Shown piece by piece: positions 37,493 through 51,300 of a stretch of 64,000 nucleotides of DNA (the first letter of the stretch is position 1; each line of letters opens with the position of its first letter). The DNA comes from Phoronis australis. Lineage: Eukaryota > Animalia > Phoronida. The position numbers and the translations under genes are program-made. The DNA lies in the NCBI GenBank assembly GCA_002633005.1, contig NMRA01000315.1, positions 405,806-469,805 on the forward strand, read 5' to 3'. A model generated the notes under the pieces. The model saw only the letters and a list, made by a program, of their open reading frames with translations. It made no database searches and was not told the origin of the DNA.

Positions 37493-39220
37493 GAAGTCAA
37501 ATTTTCACAAACAAAGCACAATTTTTCAGGTTAACACTCTTTAGAATAAAGGTCCTTTGATCTCAGAGACCAAAAACCTATAAAAAGGCCACAGCTCCTA
37601 AAACGTTTTTCCGACTAACTCCCCTTTGGACTATCGACCTGCAGGGATGATAAAGGGGACACACCTAACAGATTTGAACTACAAAGAAATCACAAAAGTA
37701 TAGTTATTATTATAATTGTTAATGTTATGTTATTGTTTGTGTAAAATAGTGTATTTTAGAAAGAATGTAGGATCCACGTCTATGGTCTGAAGCTCCAGTG
37801 TCACCTCCAATCCTTAGTGCGACAACAAAAAATGGTTACTCTAATATGCAAACCTCATAGCTTAATACATGCTCCACTGGTGACAAATAGTTCACCATAT
37901 GAACAAGACATACGCGTAAAGTATAACTAAAGATTCCATAACTAAATGTATACCTCACAGGAATGACAGCTTTTGCAATGTGTGCAAGGATACCTGTCAA
38001 ATGATTACAGTTCTACTCTAAGTAAATTGTGAAAAGAGTAAAAAAATGAAACTAAGTAGACACCTGTCATGCCTAAGTTTAACAAAATATGCAAAAAATG
38101 CCTTTAATTCCCTAAAATTAAGTCTTAAGCACTGTAACAAAAGCTGTTTTATGAGAGCTTCCACAATGCATTTATCATGGAAAAGAACATCCTGCCCAAT
38201 CTTCAAACTTTTACCATAGCAAAATGTATGTTTAAAAACGTCAATTATATTTTCAGGCGATACACTGAATTGCTGTCAACAAGAGTATGAAGTCTGGAAA
38301 CTTTTAAGATAAAGAAAAATTTTCCAAACTATGCCATGATGCTGAGAGTGATGATGACTATACTACAGACTCCATGGAGGTGGGAAAAAAGTCATTGGGA
38401 TCTGTTTGTGATGCTCAAAGTGATGATAGCAGGACATTTGATAATGGCGTAGCGAAGTTACCAGGATCTGCCCTTACTATTGTAGTGACAATGAATATTT
38501 TAATTATGTTTTTGTGTCTTAAGCTACATAGTACCACCTTCGTTCCTTAGTGTCTTCATCATCATTTCAACCACAGCGTTTCAGAACCTGAGTTTTGTTA
38601 ATTAGACAATACAGGAAAATGGCATTGCAGTTTAAACATCAATTAAACCGTCAATTTTTTAAATTACATTTTTAGTGGGAATTGTTACTAAGATGGTCGG
38701 ATTCTAAAATTGTGGTGACTGGAAGTCTGCTAAGATGCGGAAGATGAAACTGTTTGTACATGCATATCACAAGCATTGTTCCCATGGATGTATATGTATC
38801 CTCTATTTTTGGTGTCCGTCATTTGATTTTAAAGATAATTTGGGTATTCATAGTTCACTATGTGCAAGATCAATAAATGATTAAATGTGAGAGTTTTTGT
38901 TGGCGAATTAAGCAAAAATGTTATTCAAAATGGTATCAAAGTATTTGTAGAAGTGTATTTTTAACAAAGGTATCAACTTACACCGTAGAGCCTGGCACAG
39001 ATAGTGTCATCTGCTCACGTTTCTGAATAATAAACATATAAAAGCATCATACATTTCTTAGTTTGAAAGTGGTAAAATCTGTTGTGGACGCATACATGTT
39101 ATTAAAGTGGTCTGTGGAGGACTGTATTTTGGTACATACAGACTTTAACCGAATGTGACACATATATACATGTAGTTGCGGTGATTGTATATTGGGTGGC
39201 TTGTAAGAACAGTGGAAAAC

Positions 39221-39437
39221 CGGGATATATAATGTTCTGGGGCATATATCTAATGGGACATATAAAGTTGCGGGATATATATGGTGTACACCTAACGGGG
39301 CATATATACTTGCGGGCTATATATTGTACTGGGGCATATACCTAGTGAGGTATATATAGTTGCGGGATATATATTGTTCCGGGGTATATAGCCAATGGGG
39401 CATATATAGTTGCGGGCTATATATTTTATATATACCC
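39221..39437. repeat. ~50-bp minisatellite built of ~17-bp GGG(C/A)TATATA sub-repeats
   Basis: CGGG(A/C)TAT recurs at 39221, 39271, 39313, 39363 and 39413. Confidence 0.8.
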
Positions 39438-39498
39438 CAGAACAAGGTCTCAAAATTTTACCCCACTTCAAGGTTTCAGATAATAACCCCACATCTGC

Positions 39499-39509
39499 AT
39501 ATATACATG

Positions 39510-39544
<35 letters not shown>
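39499..39544. repeat. (TA)n microsatellite
   Basis: Directly visible. Confidence 0.95.
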
Positions 39545-41566
39545 GTTATACATGTACAAGTATGAGTCGTATGCCCAAAATCTGATCGGTTCCGCTGTTC
39601 CACTTGTCTCGGATTTGCTTAAGTACTGAACGAGACGGATATACCTGTGAGAAATCTACAATGAAAACATCTTGTCCTTACACTTGTATGAACCGATACA
39701 AAGCGGATATACAACTGACGGTCACTGAAGAAAACACTTAGCATTCCATTTCTTGTATTGGGCTCGACTTTTTTCATTGATCTTTATGAATAATATTTCA
39801 TGGATTCGAAGGCGTGTAACAACAGAGTATTTTTACGTCAGATAAATCGCGTAAGGAGCGGGTGTGGTAACTGAGCATTCGAATGGCGCTCTCCTAACGC
39901 CACTAAACGCTTGGTGAACAATAACTCGCCAATTACAAACGCTGTCTACAATTCCAACTTTCCCCTGTGGATTCAAAATTAAACACAGTTAAAGTACTTC
40001 ATGGAGTCGATTTTTTTCTAAGAATGAAAATAAAACTGTTTCAGTTGCTTACGGTGTTCTACTAATCCTGACTATTTTAAAATCAATATCCAAGCTACAT
40101 GTAAAAGTGGTTTGGATCGGCAGGTTAGATTATCTTAATTGAAAAATTAAATCTTCTGACAGAAAAAAAACGAAATAAGTCAAGTACATACATATAACTT
40201 TTCTCAAAATACATAACACTTACGTAATTAAGGGTCTAACATAGTTTTATTGTAATTTTTTCAATTCCATTATCTTGTATTTTTGTGTTTGCATACTACA
40301 GAACTACAGAAATGTGGGAGTCGACAAATTAATTTTTCCGTTACAACATCCTAAACAGAGGCAGCTCTAGCAAAAATAGGGATACTGAAAACTAACCTTT
40401 AATCAAATAAATAAATGAGTCCTTTTGAAAGTGGATTTATGTCGTAGCACGATGTCACGTTTCATTAGCAATGCATTTCTTGTAAGGCTCTTCAAAAGAA
40501 ATACTTTTTTCTCGGAGGATTCTTCGGGCGAAAATATCCAATATGTAGTTTTGCCAGTATGACACTATCAGGTAATATTCACAAAGACTGAGTCTTCAAA
40601 CTTGCCACGTTTACAAATTACACTCACACTTCATCACCTACAGACAGCGCATTACCATGTCGTCTCAGATTGACGACAGGGGCAAAACCTCTTTGGAATT
40701 TCGTCAAAATCCCTCGTTAAGCCTCTGGATTTTGACGAAATTTCTAAGGGGTTTTGTCCATGTCATAAACCTGAGACTCGTGGAGGATTCTATTGATGAT
40801 TATAATACGTGCGTGCGCCAATTACCTGTCAGTTTTGGTTACACTGTTATTACGACACGCTCGACACCTGCTATTACATTGGTGTAACACCACAGTTAGT
40901 ATTACTCCGCCACGGCACCCAAGATTTTACAACAAGTTACATCAAGTTTGGTGTTGGTGTAATACCTGAAGTAGGACCTGAGTTAGGTCAGTCATTAGAA
41001 AGAGCTCCTCCATGAGCACCGTTGGCTGACACTAACATCGTGCTTACAACAAACTTGAGCTAACTCAGTGGTAAAACCACCATCGGTTCATGGATGACTT
41101 GAAGTTCTTATTCTCAGACACTGGTTCATACACTACGTGAGGTATTATGTCATTAGGAAAAAGATGGGAATACATGGAGATTCGCTATAGTTGGAATCTT
41201 GTCGCGCCACCTCCATTTTAACAAATGGCGAAGAAGTTGAGATTTTCACATAAGTCAGGAGTTATTTCGTCTCTTTTATTGTTGCCTGACGCTGTAGGTA
41301 GTATCGCAGCTAAAGTTACACTTGCCGATGTGCTGCCCGTGCACAGAGAAAGGAAGAAATTATCGTCCTCTGTTCAACCCCATTTTTCGGAATTGTTAGA
41401 ATTAATCTTGGACAAATTGTGCATTTTTGGTAAAGTAGCGGGCATTCGGACATTCTTGTCTGCCAATTTCTTCTCGCCTTCCTCATGCTGCATCCAGTCG
41501 GACAAGCGAAGATTTATAGCTGGTGCTGATTGTATTGTTGCATCTTACTTGAAGATAGTCCCATCT

Positions 41567-41667
41567 TTACGATGGCGTGCAAACGACGCACCTTGGGCCT
41601 ACTGAAATCGGGATGCTGCCCGACCATATACTGTTAGGTTTCGATGGATACCAGTTGCTATCTGTGG
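41567..41667 (-). pseudogene. Degenerate duplicate of the start of the TSP1 exon (TDSNWYPSKPNS...)
   Basis: Acceptor cttcag followed by CCACAGATAGCAACTGGTATCCATCGAAACCT, versus CCATTGACGGTAACTGGTCACCATGGAAACCA in the TSP1 exon; early stop. Confidence 0.65.
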
Positions 41668-42033
41668 CTGAAGATACAGCAGACATTGATCACAGACAAA
41701 AAGGAAAAACATGGGACAAATTGAATAGGCTAAGCTTCAAAATCTACTGAAAATGTGTTTCAAAAACATATTTATAAAACTACGTATTTAAGCTTTGGAA
41801 ACACTCGACTTCGCGAAATTGGGCAAGGTACTCGTTTGAGTGATGAATTAATACTAAGGTATTAGCTTACCAGCAAAATAAATGTCGGTATTAAGAACGT
41901 CAGTATTTCGGGAAGGAGTTTTGAACGCACGTTTTATTCACTGTGAAGTCATTGATGGCTTGTGACCCTGAAGAAGATGAAGTACATATGTGTGGCATTT
42001 GAAGCATAGCTTTCATTTTTCAGTGCAACTTAC

Positions 42034-42332
42034 CCTTTGAATTGAACACAAGCCTTTTTCGATTGGTCAAAGAAAACGCTTCCTGATTGACTGTCAAGCG
42101 CTCGAATGTTTGGTTGGGAATTTGAAGGATACGCTAAGCAGGCAATCTTTCGTGCACGCGACGTTTTCTGACTGGCTTCGACATTGTTGATGCTTCGTTT
42201 CCTTCGTGTTGACCGGAACAGATGACACATTAGTCAGCCACTTCACGCGGAATCTTTTCTTGGCACTGTCTGGCTTAAGCTCCTCAGGTTCGGCGCCATT
42301 GTCGATTCTAGGGATGACGCAGCTTGGACGAC
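42034..42332 (-). pseudogene. Degenerate duplicate of Ig exon 7 (open to a stop at 42094; 1-nt deletion shifts frame; core Cys lost)
   Basis: RVKWLTNVSSVPVNTKET..CTKD versus RVQWLTNVSSTLYNTTET..CTKD; both splice sites are retained. Confidence 0.82.
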
Positions 42333-45300
42333 CTGCAAGATGCAAAGGGTGGTAGCTAATTAATCTCGTAATAATGCTACGAGACTATTCGCATGTTATG
42401 CATATGTCATCAAAACCTTTCCCAGCCTCTGTTATCACTGATCACTATGCCGGTTACCCCTCCTGCCCAGACCCCAATTAGTTTATCACAGTTCTATTGC
42501 CGACACAAAACGCCTTTTGCCAGGTAATTTTGGTTAGCTTTAACCAAAGCTATGAAACCGCTGAATCTAATCTTTTTTAGGTTTTATCAGAAATCTCCAA
42601 TTCCTCACAATGGCTTCCAGTAATCGATTGAAATCAAAGTGACAACTCCATCACTTGTTTCGTTGCTGGGAGCCTTGAAAATGACCTCCAATGCAAGCAG
42701 TGAAGCTAATCAAACCGGCGTAAAAATGTCAAGAGCTAATCTCACGAACTGACGACATAGACGTCATTTATTATATGTGGTGACAACTAACGTCGCAGCT
42801 TCCACACTAAATCTGACCCAAAGCTGGGCAGCACAAAACTATAAGCTTATCCGCTGGTAAAGTTTCAAGACGTCAAATATGCGACGAGTGATTACGCGAC
42901 GTCCGGTTACCACTCAGCATATAACTTTTGCAAGCGGGCCCAAGGTCACATACCCCGAATAACATGGAAAGTATGATGAAATTGAGGCATAGTAAGAAAC
43001 GAAAGGAATGCAAAGCAAAAAAAAAACAAGCAGAGTTATTGATGATTGAAACTGCATCGTAACAAAAGTAAGTTCTGTCGGAGAAATGTCATGATGCCAA
43101 CCTCCTCCGCAGAACACAGATTATCAATGACCGCGTGTCGCGTGTGTTCGCTGCACGTTAATCAGGTGCAGTGTTTCAAGAAGCCCGAGGATGCTACGTC
43201 ACCGTGTTGTTTTTTAATGGGGGGGGCTGTTGTACTGAAACATGGTAAGCATGAAACGACAGTCTGCAATTTTGGAAACATTTTCCAATAAATGACGAAA
43301 CTGTTTCCCAAAGATGTCGATGATTGAAATATTCTGTTTTGAAATCGGTATATCACGTGATGACATCATCCACCTGCCACCACCTTTCCAAAATCCCTCC
43401 CCTCCAGTGGTGATGTATTATGTGAACGGTCCCCGAGTCAAATTCTTTTCTTGCATATACACCTGACTAATTTCAAACGCTGATCAAAGATTTTTGGTTG
43501 CTGCAATATTGACAATTTGCGCCCGAACCAGGAAACTTCTATAAAACGGTTTAATATACGAACTCATACATTGTAGCATATCCATCTGCATTGTACACGC
43601 GAATTCTAAAGAATAACGATGCTGAATATTGTCTGGATGAGAGAAAGCTTGTTCGCAATAGAGTGGTCTAGCATACACGTATTGAAGTAGTCACAGTATC
43701 TTTAACGTGAACAGTTTTCTGAAAAGACAGATTGCTAATGCCTGGATCTACTTTACTTGTTGGCTTTTTTCTTACCAATGGTAATTTTTAGGAAAGTATC
43801 CGCCTTGGAACTCGAGCTAGCAACATTTACAGCCTGACATCTGATGCTCCTCACTGCAGAACGAGTCGTCAACTTCACTGCTTTATTAACAACTAGTAAG
43901 TTTTTAGTCATTTCCGTATCCGTGACTCCTAGATCTGCTCGAACCCTAGATAGGTCTACATGTGTAGTTGCAAAAGGGTAAACCGGGTCGGTCGAACGCG
44001 TTATTTCGGAATAACCCAACTCATCGGTGGCCAAAGCACCAACATCGGTTATGTCACTCGGGGAAGACATGCTCCCAGTTAGATAGGTATTGCCATTCTT
44101 TGTGCAAGCTTGTTGGTGTTTAGAATTAGTAAACCTGAACTTGGACAAACATTGCACGTGTAGTCGTGGTAATACAACAAGCTTTTGCATATTCTTTGCC
44201 ACGGATTTCTTCTTGATCTCTTTCGGTGTAGCTACTGGTAATGCATGTGTTCTTTTAATGTTGTGCATTGCTTGAGAATAGTCCCGTATTTTTGATGGCG
44301 CAGAAACGACGGAATCGAGGTCCTCTGACATCGGGAATTTGTAATTTGCAATCCTATTTTCCTCCCCTTCTCTCGATTTTTTTAGCAGCCACGTATTTAG
44401 CACGGTCTTATCATTTTGAGTTGAATATTTCTCAAATACTTTCGCAGGAGCCTCCTCGCTATTACACGTAACGTTGCCAGAATACAAGGTGACTTGGGAC
44501 AAGCTCTTTAATGAATTCGACTCAGACTGGCATTCAAGGGGTTTGTTGAGAGTCTTTGAGATCTCCTTGGTCACATTCATGTTATCTCGCGGCTTGGAAT
44601 CTATCTGTACATCTGAGGTGATTTGAAAGAGCTTTTTAGGACGTTTCTGTTCAGTATTTATTGTAGAGGCTTCGCTATCCGACTCTTCAGACAAGGCGGA
44701 TAATGGTGGTGTCGGTGGCAAAGACAATCTCGATGTAGTACATATAGCCTCGTATTCCGACAACAAACTTTCACCTGGAGATATCGCTTTCTCGTCATCC
44801 TTGCCAGGCTTCAAAATTTCTGCATATTCCTCAATCACGTTTTTTGAAATGTCAGTGAATTTTTTTATAACGGCGTTTAGATCATGTTTCACCAAGCTAC
44901 TGATTCCTGCATCCTCTCCCCGTTTTACTTCTTCCAACAATATGTCATTAATATGGCGTTCTACTACTCGATAGTACTCTTCTTCATCGTCGCCGTAACG
45001 CTTTTGGTGGCTGATCTCTGTGATCATTTTGGACAGCCTGTGGATGATGTGATCGAATTCGTCACGCGAATCGCTTTTAAAACATTCCCAGTCCCGCACA
45101 TACGAAACCCGCATAAACCACACGTAGATAACTAGACCGAATATTATGCACAGTGTTAACATCAAGCCATATAAAGCCCTCGTTTCATCTTTGCTTACAA
45201 CGGTCTTGGTGAGAAAACTGTGATCTAAAAGGCAAATGAAACTCTTATGTATGGATCCTAGGACACGTAGCACATGAACAGTTACCTCTATCCCATCAAA

Positions 45301-48300
45301 AATTTGAAATTAAAAGCACGTCAATTTAACTACCCTTTAAGGTGACATGTGAACTATTAGAACTTTGAAACAAGAGGATGATGTCTCCAACTGATTTCAT
45401 ACACAGTAACGCCGACTGGTTTAACATACATCTTAGGGCTTCTATGTGATCACATTCCCAAGGATTTTCGCAAGATATGAGTCTTTCATCGACGCCCATA
45501 CATGGAAGGCCACCCCTACTGGGAGGTGGGTTAGTACAAGCCCTTTTGGCCAGCTGAACTCCCGTGCTGCATGTCACACTACACTTCCCGCTTGGTTTCC
45601 ATGGTGACCAGTTACCGTCAATGGCTAAAGATAAAACAGACTCCGTCCACTATGAAACATAAAAAACAACGCTCAAATTCAGTTTCAAATGGGTATCGTG
45701 TGTTAAACTCCTACACCAACACTATAAGTTTGAGATTGAGTTCGAAGTCAATCTTGAGTTTGCAAATTCGGGTAGTGAACTAATTTGAATAAATCACTGT
45801 CGTAAGAAACAAATCTTGAGAATTTAACCTGCATCAACCACTTGTCCCACGTACAAAAAGGAAAGTGGTGCAATGTGGTTGAAGTAGAGTTTTTATCATA
45901 TAATCACTCATTTTTCATTTCTTTAAGGAAAATGACTGTGAATGAAGCAATATCAATGCTTGAAGAAGAAAGCACCTTCCAGTTAGGGCTGATATTTTCC
46001 CAGAACTACCCTCAGCCGAATTTACTGATGATGACAGTGGAGGCGAAGGCTTTGGTGGACGTACGATTGACAACTTACTAGCTCGTTGAATGCTGTGGCA
46101 TCAACAACAGTTGTGCAGCCTAATTCACAGTAAACACAGTGGCTGTCCCTTGTGGCGACGATAATTGTGATAATGATGACCATGTTATTGTCGATGATGT
46201 TTTTGTCAGCAGCTATGAACCACACTGTGCTGTAGTGGTAAAATTAGAGGTAAGTAGGCGCCCAATGCCCACCGTATCACATTGAGCACGAAATTTTAAA
46301 AGTGCACTCAATTCGCCATCGTATTTTACGGTGCGTAGGCGCTACGTTTAAATGCCAAAAGGTGGTTGGCTGCGCTTACGTGCGCCTACGCCTCACTACG
46401 GCACTGGATTGAATCACAGCATAAGCCGAGGGCACGGAAAACGCTAAGTGAACACTGGAGCACAAAAATATACTGAATGACAAATTTGCAGGGCATTCTG
46501 TGCGTGCGAACACGGACGGTATTCCTCTCAAACGTCTATCGGGTTGTTTGAAGGTCGATTGGATAAAATTGACCATTATATGACAATCCGCAGCGCTCAA
46601 CGTAGGTGAGTTCTCGGTGACAAGAAATCTAAGCGTGCTTGCATTAAATGCATTGTAACACTTCATGAACATTGCTTTTAACAATTCCGCCAGTAACTTG
46701 CCTTAGGAGACACATGTGGTGATACTGGACTGAATAACGTTAACATTGTGACGCCATATGTGTTTTATCGATTTCCTTAAAATATAGCATGACATCAATT
46801 GCTAAGATTACGGGTGGACCTTGTTTTATTGGTGCTATACCATTTGATATTGTTTAGTTTAGATTTATAGCTGACTATCATTTGAAATAAACAGTTTATC
46901 TGAGAATATTTGGTTGTTGCCATCAGCACCCATATAATCCCCCTGTCTTTTTCATGGGACAATAACTAATTAAGGGTTTTCTAAAATGATTATCAAAAAC
47001 ATCTTCTTCTCAAAAAATGATTGCAAATTTGTTCATAAATCCCTAGGCTGTATCAAACGTCTGAATTTACAACGGAATATAAAATTTTGGACATTTAATT
47101 CCTAGATCACACAGCATGATCCTGACTTGAAAATGTCGAGTTTTAACTCGCAGTAGCTTAGATCTAGGGTAATCAAGTGCGACCTAGAAATTCATATGCG
47201 TAAACCATAGTACAACTTCGATCAATTATAGTCATTTATCTTAAGTTGAGGCTTTACGAAGTGGCGATGCATGAGACATTTAAATCTACACGTCTGCGTC
47301 AACTTACACATTAGCTTAATCACAACATTTTTTCGCTTGGCCAAATGAGGCACTTCCCGTTTGACTGCTAAGCACTCGAATATTTGGTTGTGAAACATTG
47401 GGGACATACTGAAGGCTACGTCTTTCGTGCACGTTGTATGATTTGATTGGCCGTGACTTTGGTGGCACACTGTCTCCGTCGTATTGTACAGTGTGGACGA
47501 CACATTGGTCAGCCATTGAACCCGAGGAGACGTCAGAAGGTTGCCCACGTGGCATCTTATGTGGACAACTTTATTGCGGATCGCTTCTACTTGTTCTTCC
47601 TTAAACTCTTCATCACTAGTGGCATTTTTGAGGATGACACTACCAGGGCCACCTATAAGACATGTACGAAAAGTGCTCATTGGTTACATATGTAAGCAAG
47701 CTCAGTGAGCTTTATCTCATTAAACAAGCTAATACAATACATGTTGCAAGACAACGGTCCGCACGCGCGTTGTTACTAATAGTGTATAATTCAATCAAAC
47801 TCATAAAAACGACTCATTGTTATCCAGACATCTTGAATTTAGGATAAGAGCACCTGCGCGTTATGGCGTAGATCTTGGCTTTCAGCAAATTTCCACATGC
47901 AGCTCCAAAGACTCCGCACAAACAAAATTAAAAAACAGAATAACTCCAAAATACATCAAAAAGTAAGTGTACTTTCTGTTTATTGCTCTCATCCCCTCCG
48001 AAAACGAGAAAATCCGATTAGATTGTGTGGGTTTAATTGAAAAAGCAATGGAGGATTTAGGGGGGGGGGGGAGGCAAGAGGACCATGCCCCCCGAAAATT
48101 CTCCCAGATACCATTTGGCAGTTCGGGGTGCAACTTGCTGACTACCATAAGCGTGCACCCAGGGGGCTCGGGGGCGAATGAACAACGCATAGGTCTTGAA
48201 TAAACCCTGTTTACCTTTATTTTTTTAGAAACAAGCTCCGAAAACACAAAAATTTGAGACCCTGCATCTCTAAATTTTAAGCTGGGCGCGCGTGTAGCGA

Positions 48301-51300
48301 AATTCTGGTTATTCCTGTGCCCTGAAAAGTGAAAAGTGACCACGCTTTGCTTGGATGATGCAGAATTGTTGAAAGCAGAAGTTTTAAGTGAAAGCTAAAA
48401 TTTTCACTAACTAGCGCCAGCACAGTAAGGCCAAATGTGCATTCGAAAATACAAAACACTGGCGAGACACTTGTGATAAGGAGGCAGTGAATTCTGTCCC
48501 ATAATGCAACATTATACCCTCGCTAATCAATCACTTTAGTGGCCGCTGTTTTGCTACTTACATGTATAAAGTTCCAAACGTACTAGAGAACTTTTATCAT
48601 GCATGATATTGATTAAGGCAACAAAGTTTGAATTCCAGTCCCGAAACTAGAAAGCAAAAGCAGAAAGCCCACTCTCTTTTTAGTACACCATATATAGTAA
48701 GTGTTTTCTAGTCTTACCAATGATTGTTACGCTTAAGGTAGCTTCTGCCTTAAAAGTTGTGTTAGCAACATTAACTGCCACGCATTTGATGCTCCTCTGG
48801 ACAAAACCAGACGTGAATTTCATTTTCTTTGTAACTACCAGTAAGTTGTTCGGCATTTCTTTTTCCACGACTTCTGTATCTCCTTGAACACCAGTGATTT
48901 CTATGTGTGCACCGGGATAAACTAGGTCTGTCGAACATGATACTTCGGAATAGTCGTCCTCAACGATGGCAAATTCATCACCATCTTGGTAGGTTTTTGA
49001 CCCCGCGTTAGCAAACTCGACCTTCATTGGGCCGGCTAAAATACAGACAGTCCCAATCATTTCAGCCGAGCCGGAATAAAGAAATGAAGAACAAAGTGTT
49101 GGTGTGGCAAGAAAAACTCGCCAAGGCACTTTTTTAGTGTTTGATAATGCAAGTTAGTGCCCCTGATTTGGGAACTTCATCTACGGCGCTGCTGAAGTTT
49201 TCCAAATGCAGTGTGGGGAGATCGTGGACTCGTCAACCCGGCTCTGGTGAGATCACATATACAAATTAAAGACGTGAAAACAACCTGATACAAAACAGCG
49301 CTTGTCAGATGTGTGCACCACAATACAACCATTGCAGCAAACTGTTTGGAACGAGTAAGACGAAGCAACCACCATAGAAACAAAAACGATTGAAAGTTAT
49401 CCTCAAAATGCGTTGAATAAATGCGTAGACTAATGGACCGTTTGGGCGAAAAAGTTCTCGAATCATGCATCACACATAAACGCTGAAGTCGAATCTGATC
49501 AACTAAAACGCTAATTATAAATAGTGTCGCATGTTTAAAAGTTACCGTATCAAGCCAGCTAGTCAATACTTAGCAGGGTTTGAAGTCAGTACTTTGAAAG
49601 AGTAGTTAGCATTATTACATATCACACCAGAACAACACATCAACTATTAACCTGCTCACTTCGAATATGAGATTGCGTGAAGACATTCCCGAAATAACAT
49701 GGCGCTAAAAATCGAGCCCTACGAAAGAACTTATTCACATGAATATTCGACTTTTTACTATTTGCTTGTCACTCCGCCATTTCTATTATTCAGCCAACGG
49801 TAAACTCGTTAACTGGAGAACGGCAATTGCCGATTTGTCACGGAAGGTTACGCATTATCTAGCAAGTCAGCAATTGCCGTTCATCCGTAGCTCCGTGATC
49901 GTATAATTCCATACTGTCCTTGATCTTGAACCGACTCGCGTGATACACGGGAGTTGTTCCGGAAGGGCTTTTTGTGAAGATATTTGTGGTTTGACCGCAA
50001 ATTTCTTGCGAACTCGGTGGAACAGGACACCGTTAATGGTAATGAGAGAAAGAAAAATTCATCATGGTTTGTTGAACCTCCCCTGTTTTGTGCAAGTTTA
50101 TTCAGTTCTGTGTTTGCTATGGACAGCTGAAGTGAAGCACCCGTTGCAAATTTCTAGTCCGGAGTGTCATACTGTGTTGCATTGTATAGTGTATTGGGGA
50201 CGGTGAGAAGCTGAGGACGCCCGTGAGTGGAAGTGTAGAACCAGTGCCAACATAGATTATAGACAACAGATTCGCAACTCCGGCATTTTCATGCGAAATA
50301 TCATAGAGGAGGCGCCCCCCCCCCAAACATACATGTAGCAAGCTCTGATTTTAGTTACTGTATTGTGACGGAATAGTCTTCCATCTATTTTACTGTCTAA
50401 TACAATGAAAAACTATAATGTCGGCACTGAAACGCTGATCAAGGTCTTCCAACAGTAGAGTGCAGAAATTTTGAGCGGTACCGGCGTGCATTCGAGCTTA
50501 AAAACGAAAAGTCCCGTGTAGTATGTAAAGTGCTGTTGAAGCGCTAGATTGGTTCTTGAGTAGGCCAGTTGGTTATTAATATCAGTTTTTTTAAGAAGCT
50601 AACGTTTTACGAGTATTCAATTTATTTAAAGACATTATGTGAGTTAGGAAAAATCGCTAATCCAAAATACCGACAATGATCATAATTAGCAGACGACGTA
50701 CTTGCCGGAAGTAAAGCGTGCTATGTTTGCCAGGTGTCGCTAATGAAGAATGACGTCACGGCTTATGCGTAAGATCACAGTTTTCGTCTATTGAATCTAT
50801 ACGGAGTTGGCGATCCAGACACTATAACCTATGGTGTCACACACATCACACTCAAATTGCACGTCAAACATTAAACTACACGCGTCGAAATTACGATCGC
50901 GTGAACACAATTATCTTAAGAAGTAATACACCGAGTATAACCGCACGGAATTAAATCAAACCCTTTGAAAGAACTTGTTCACTCGAAGATTCGACTTTTT
51001 ACATGTTTTAACCTTCCCGTGAACTTATGAACTAAAGCACTCGCTGGGCTCATTGATTGGCATTCGGATCACAGCTTGACGCCACTAGGTAAAAAATAAG
51101 GGTTGAAGATGGCATATTTTATCGTCATGAAAAGACTGACTCGAAATAGAAGCGGCAAGACCGTTTGCGGTTTCATGAACATGTGAAGGGAATTTTATTT
51201 GGCTAGTACTAACACATTGAACAGGAATTGCCCTATCATTCTTTTGGTTTATATCCACTTCACCAAATGGTGAAAAGCCCTCCGGCGGAGCTTCGGTTCT

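Noticed and set aside
36130-38510. Scattered exon-like pieces on + (e.g. NDSFCNVCKDTC near 37960, acidic stretch near 38330)
   Set aside because: In-frame stops and no consistent exon chain; probably decayed transposon or pseudogene sequence that I cannot identify.
39292-39629. ORFs rich in YI repeats
   Set aside because: Translations of the minisatellite and (TA)n tract.
41225-41605. 126-aa + strand ORF, and a weak resemblance of the opposite strand (WMQHEEGEKKLADKNVRM) to the receptor tail
   Set aside because: No recognisable domain; the similarity is too weak to call without an alignment, and the minus frame has stops.
43753-45273. 506-aa ORF as a standalone single-exon gene
   Set aside because: It starts at a non-ATG codon in intron sequence; a phase-1 acceptor at 45224 joins it to the TSP1 exon.
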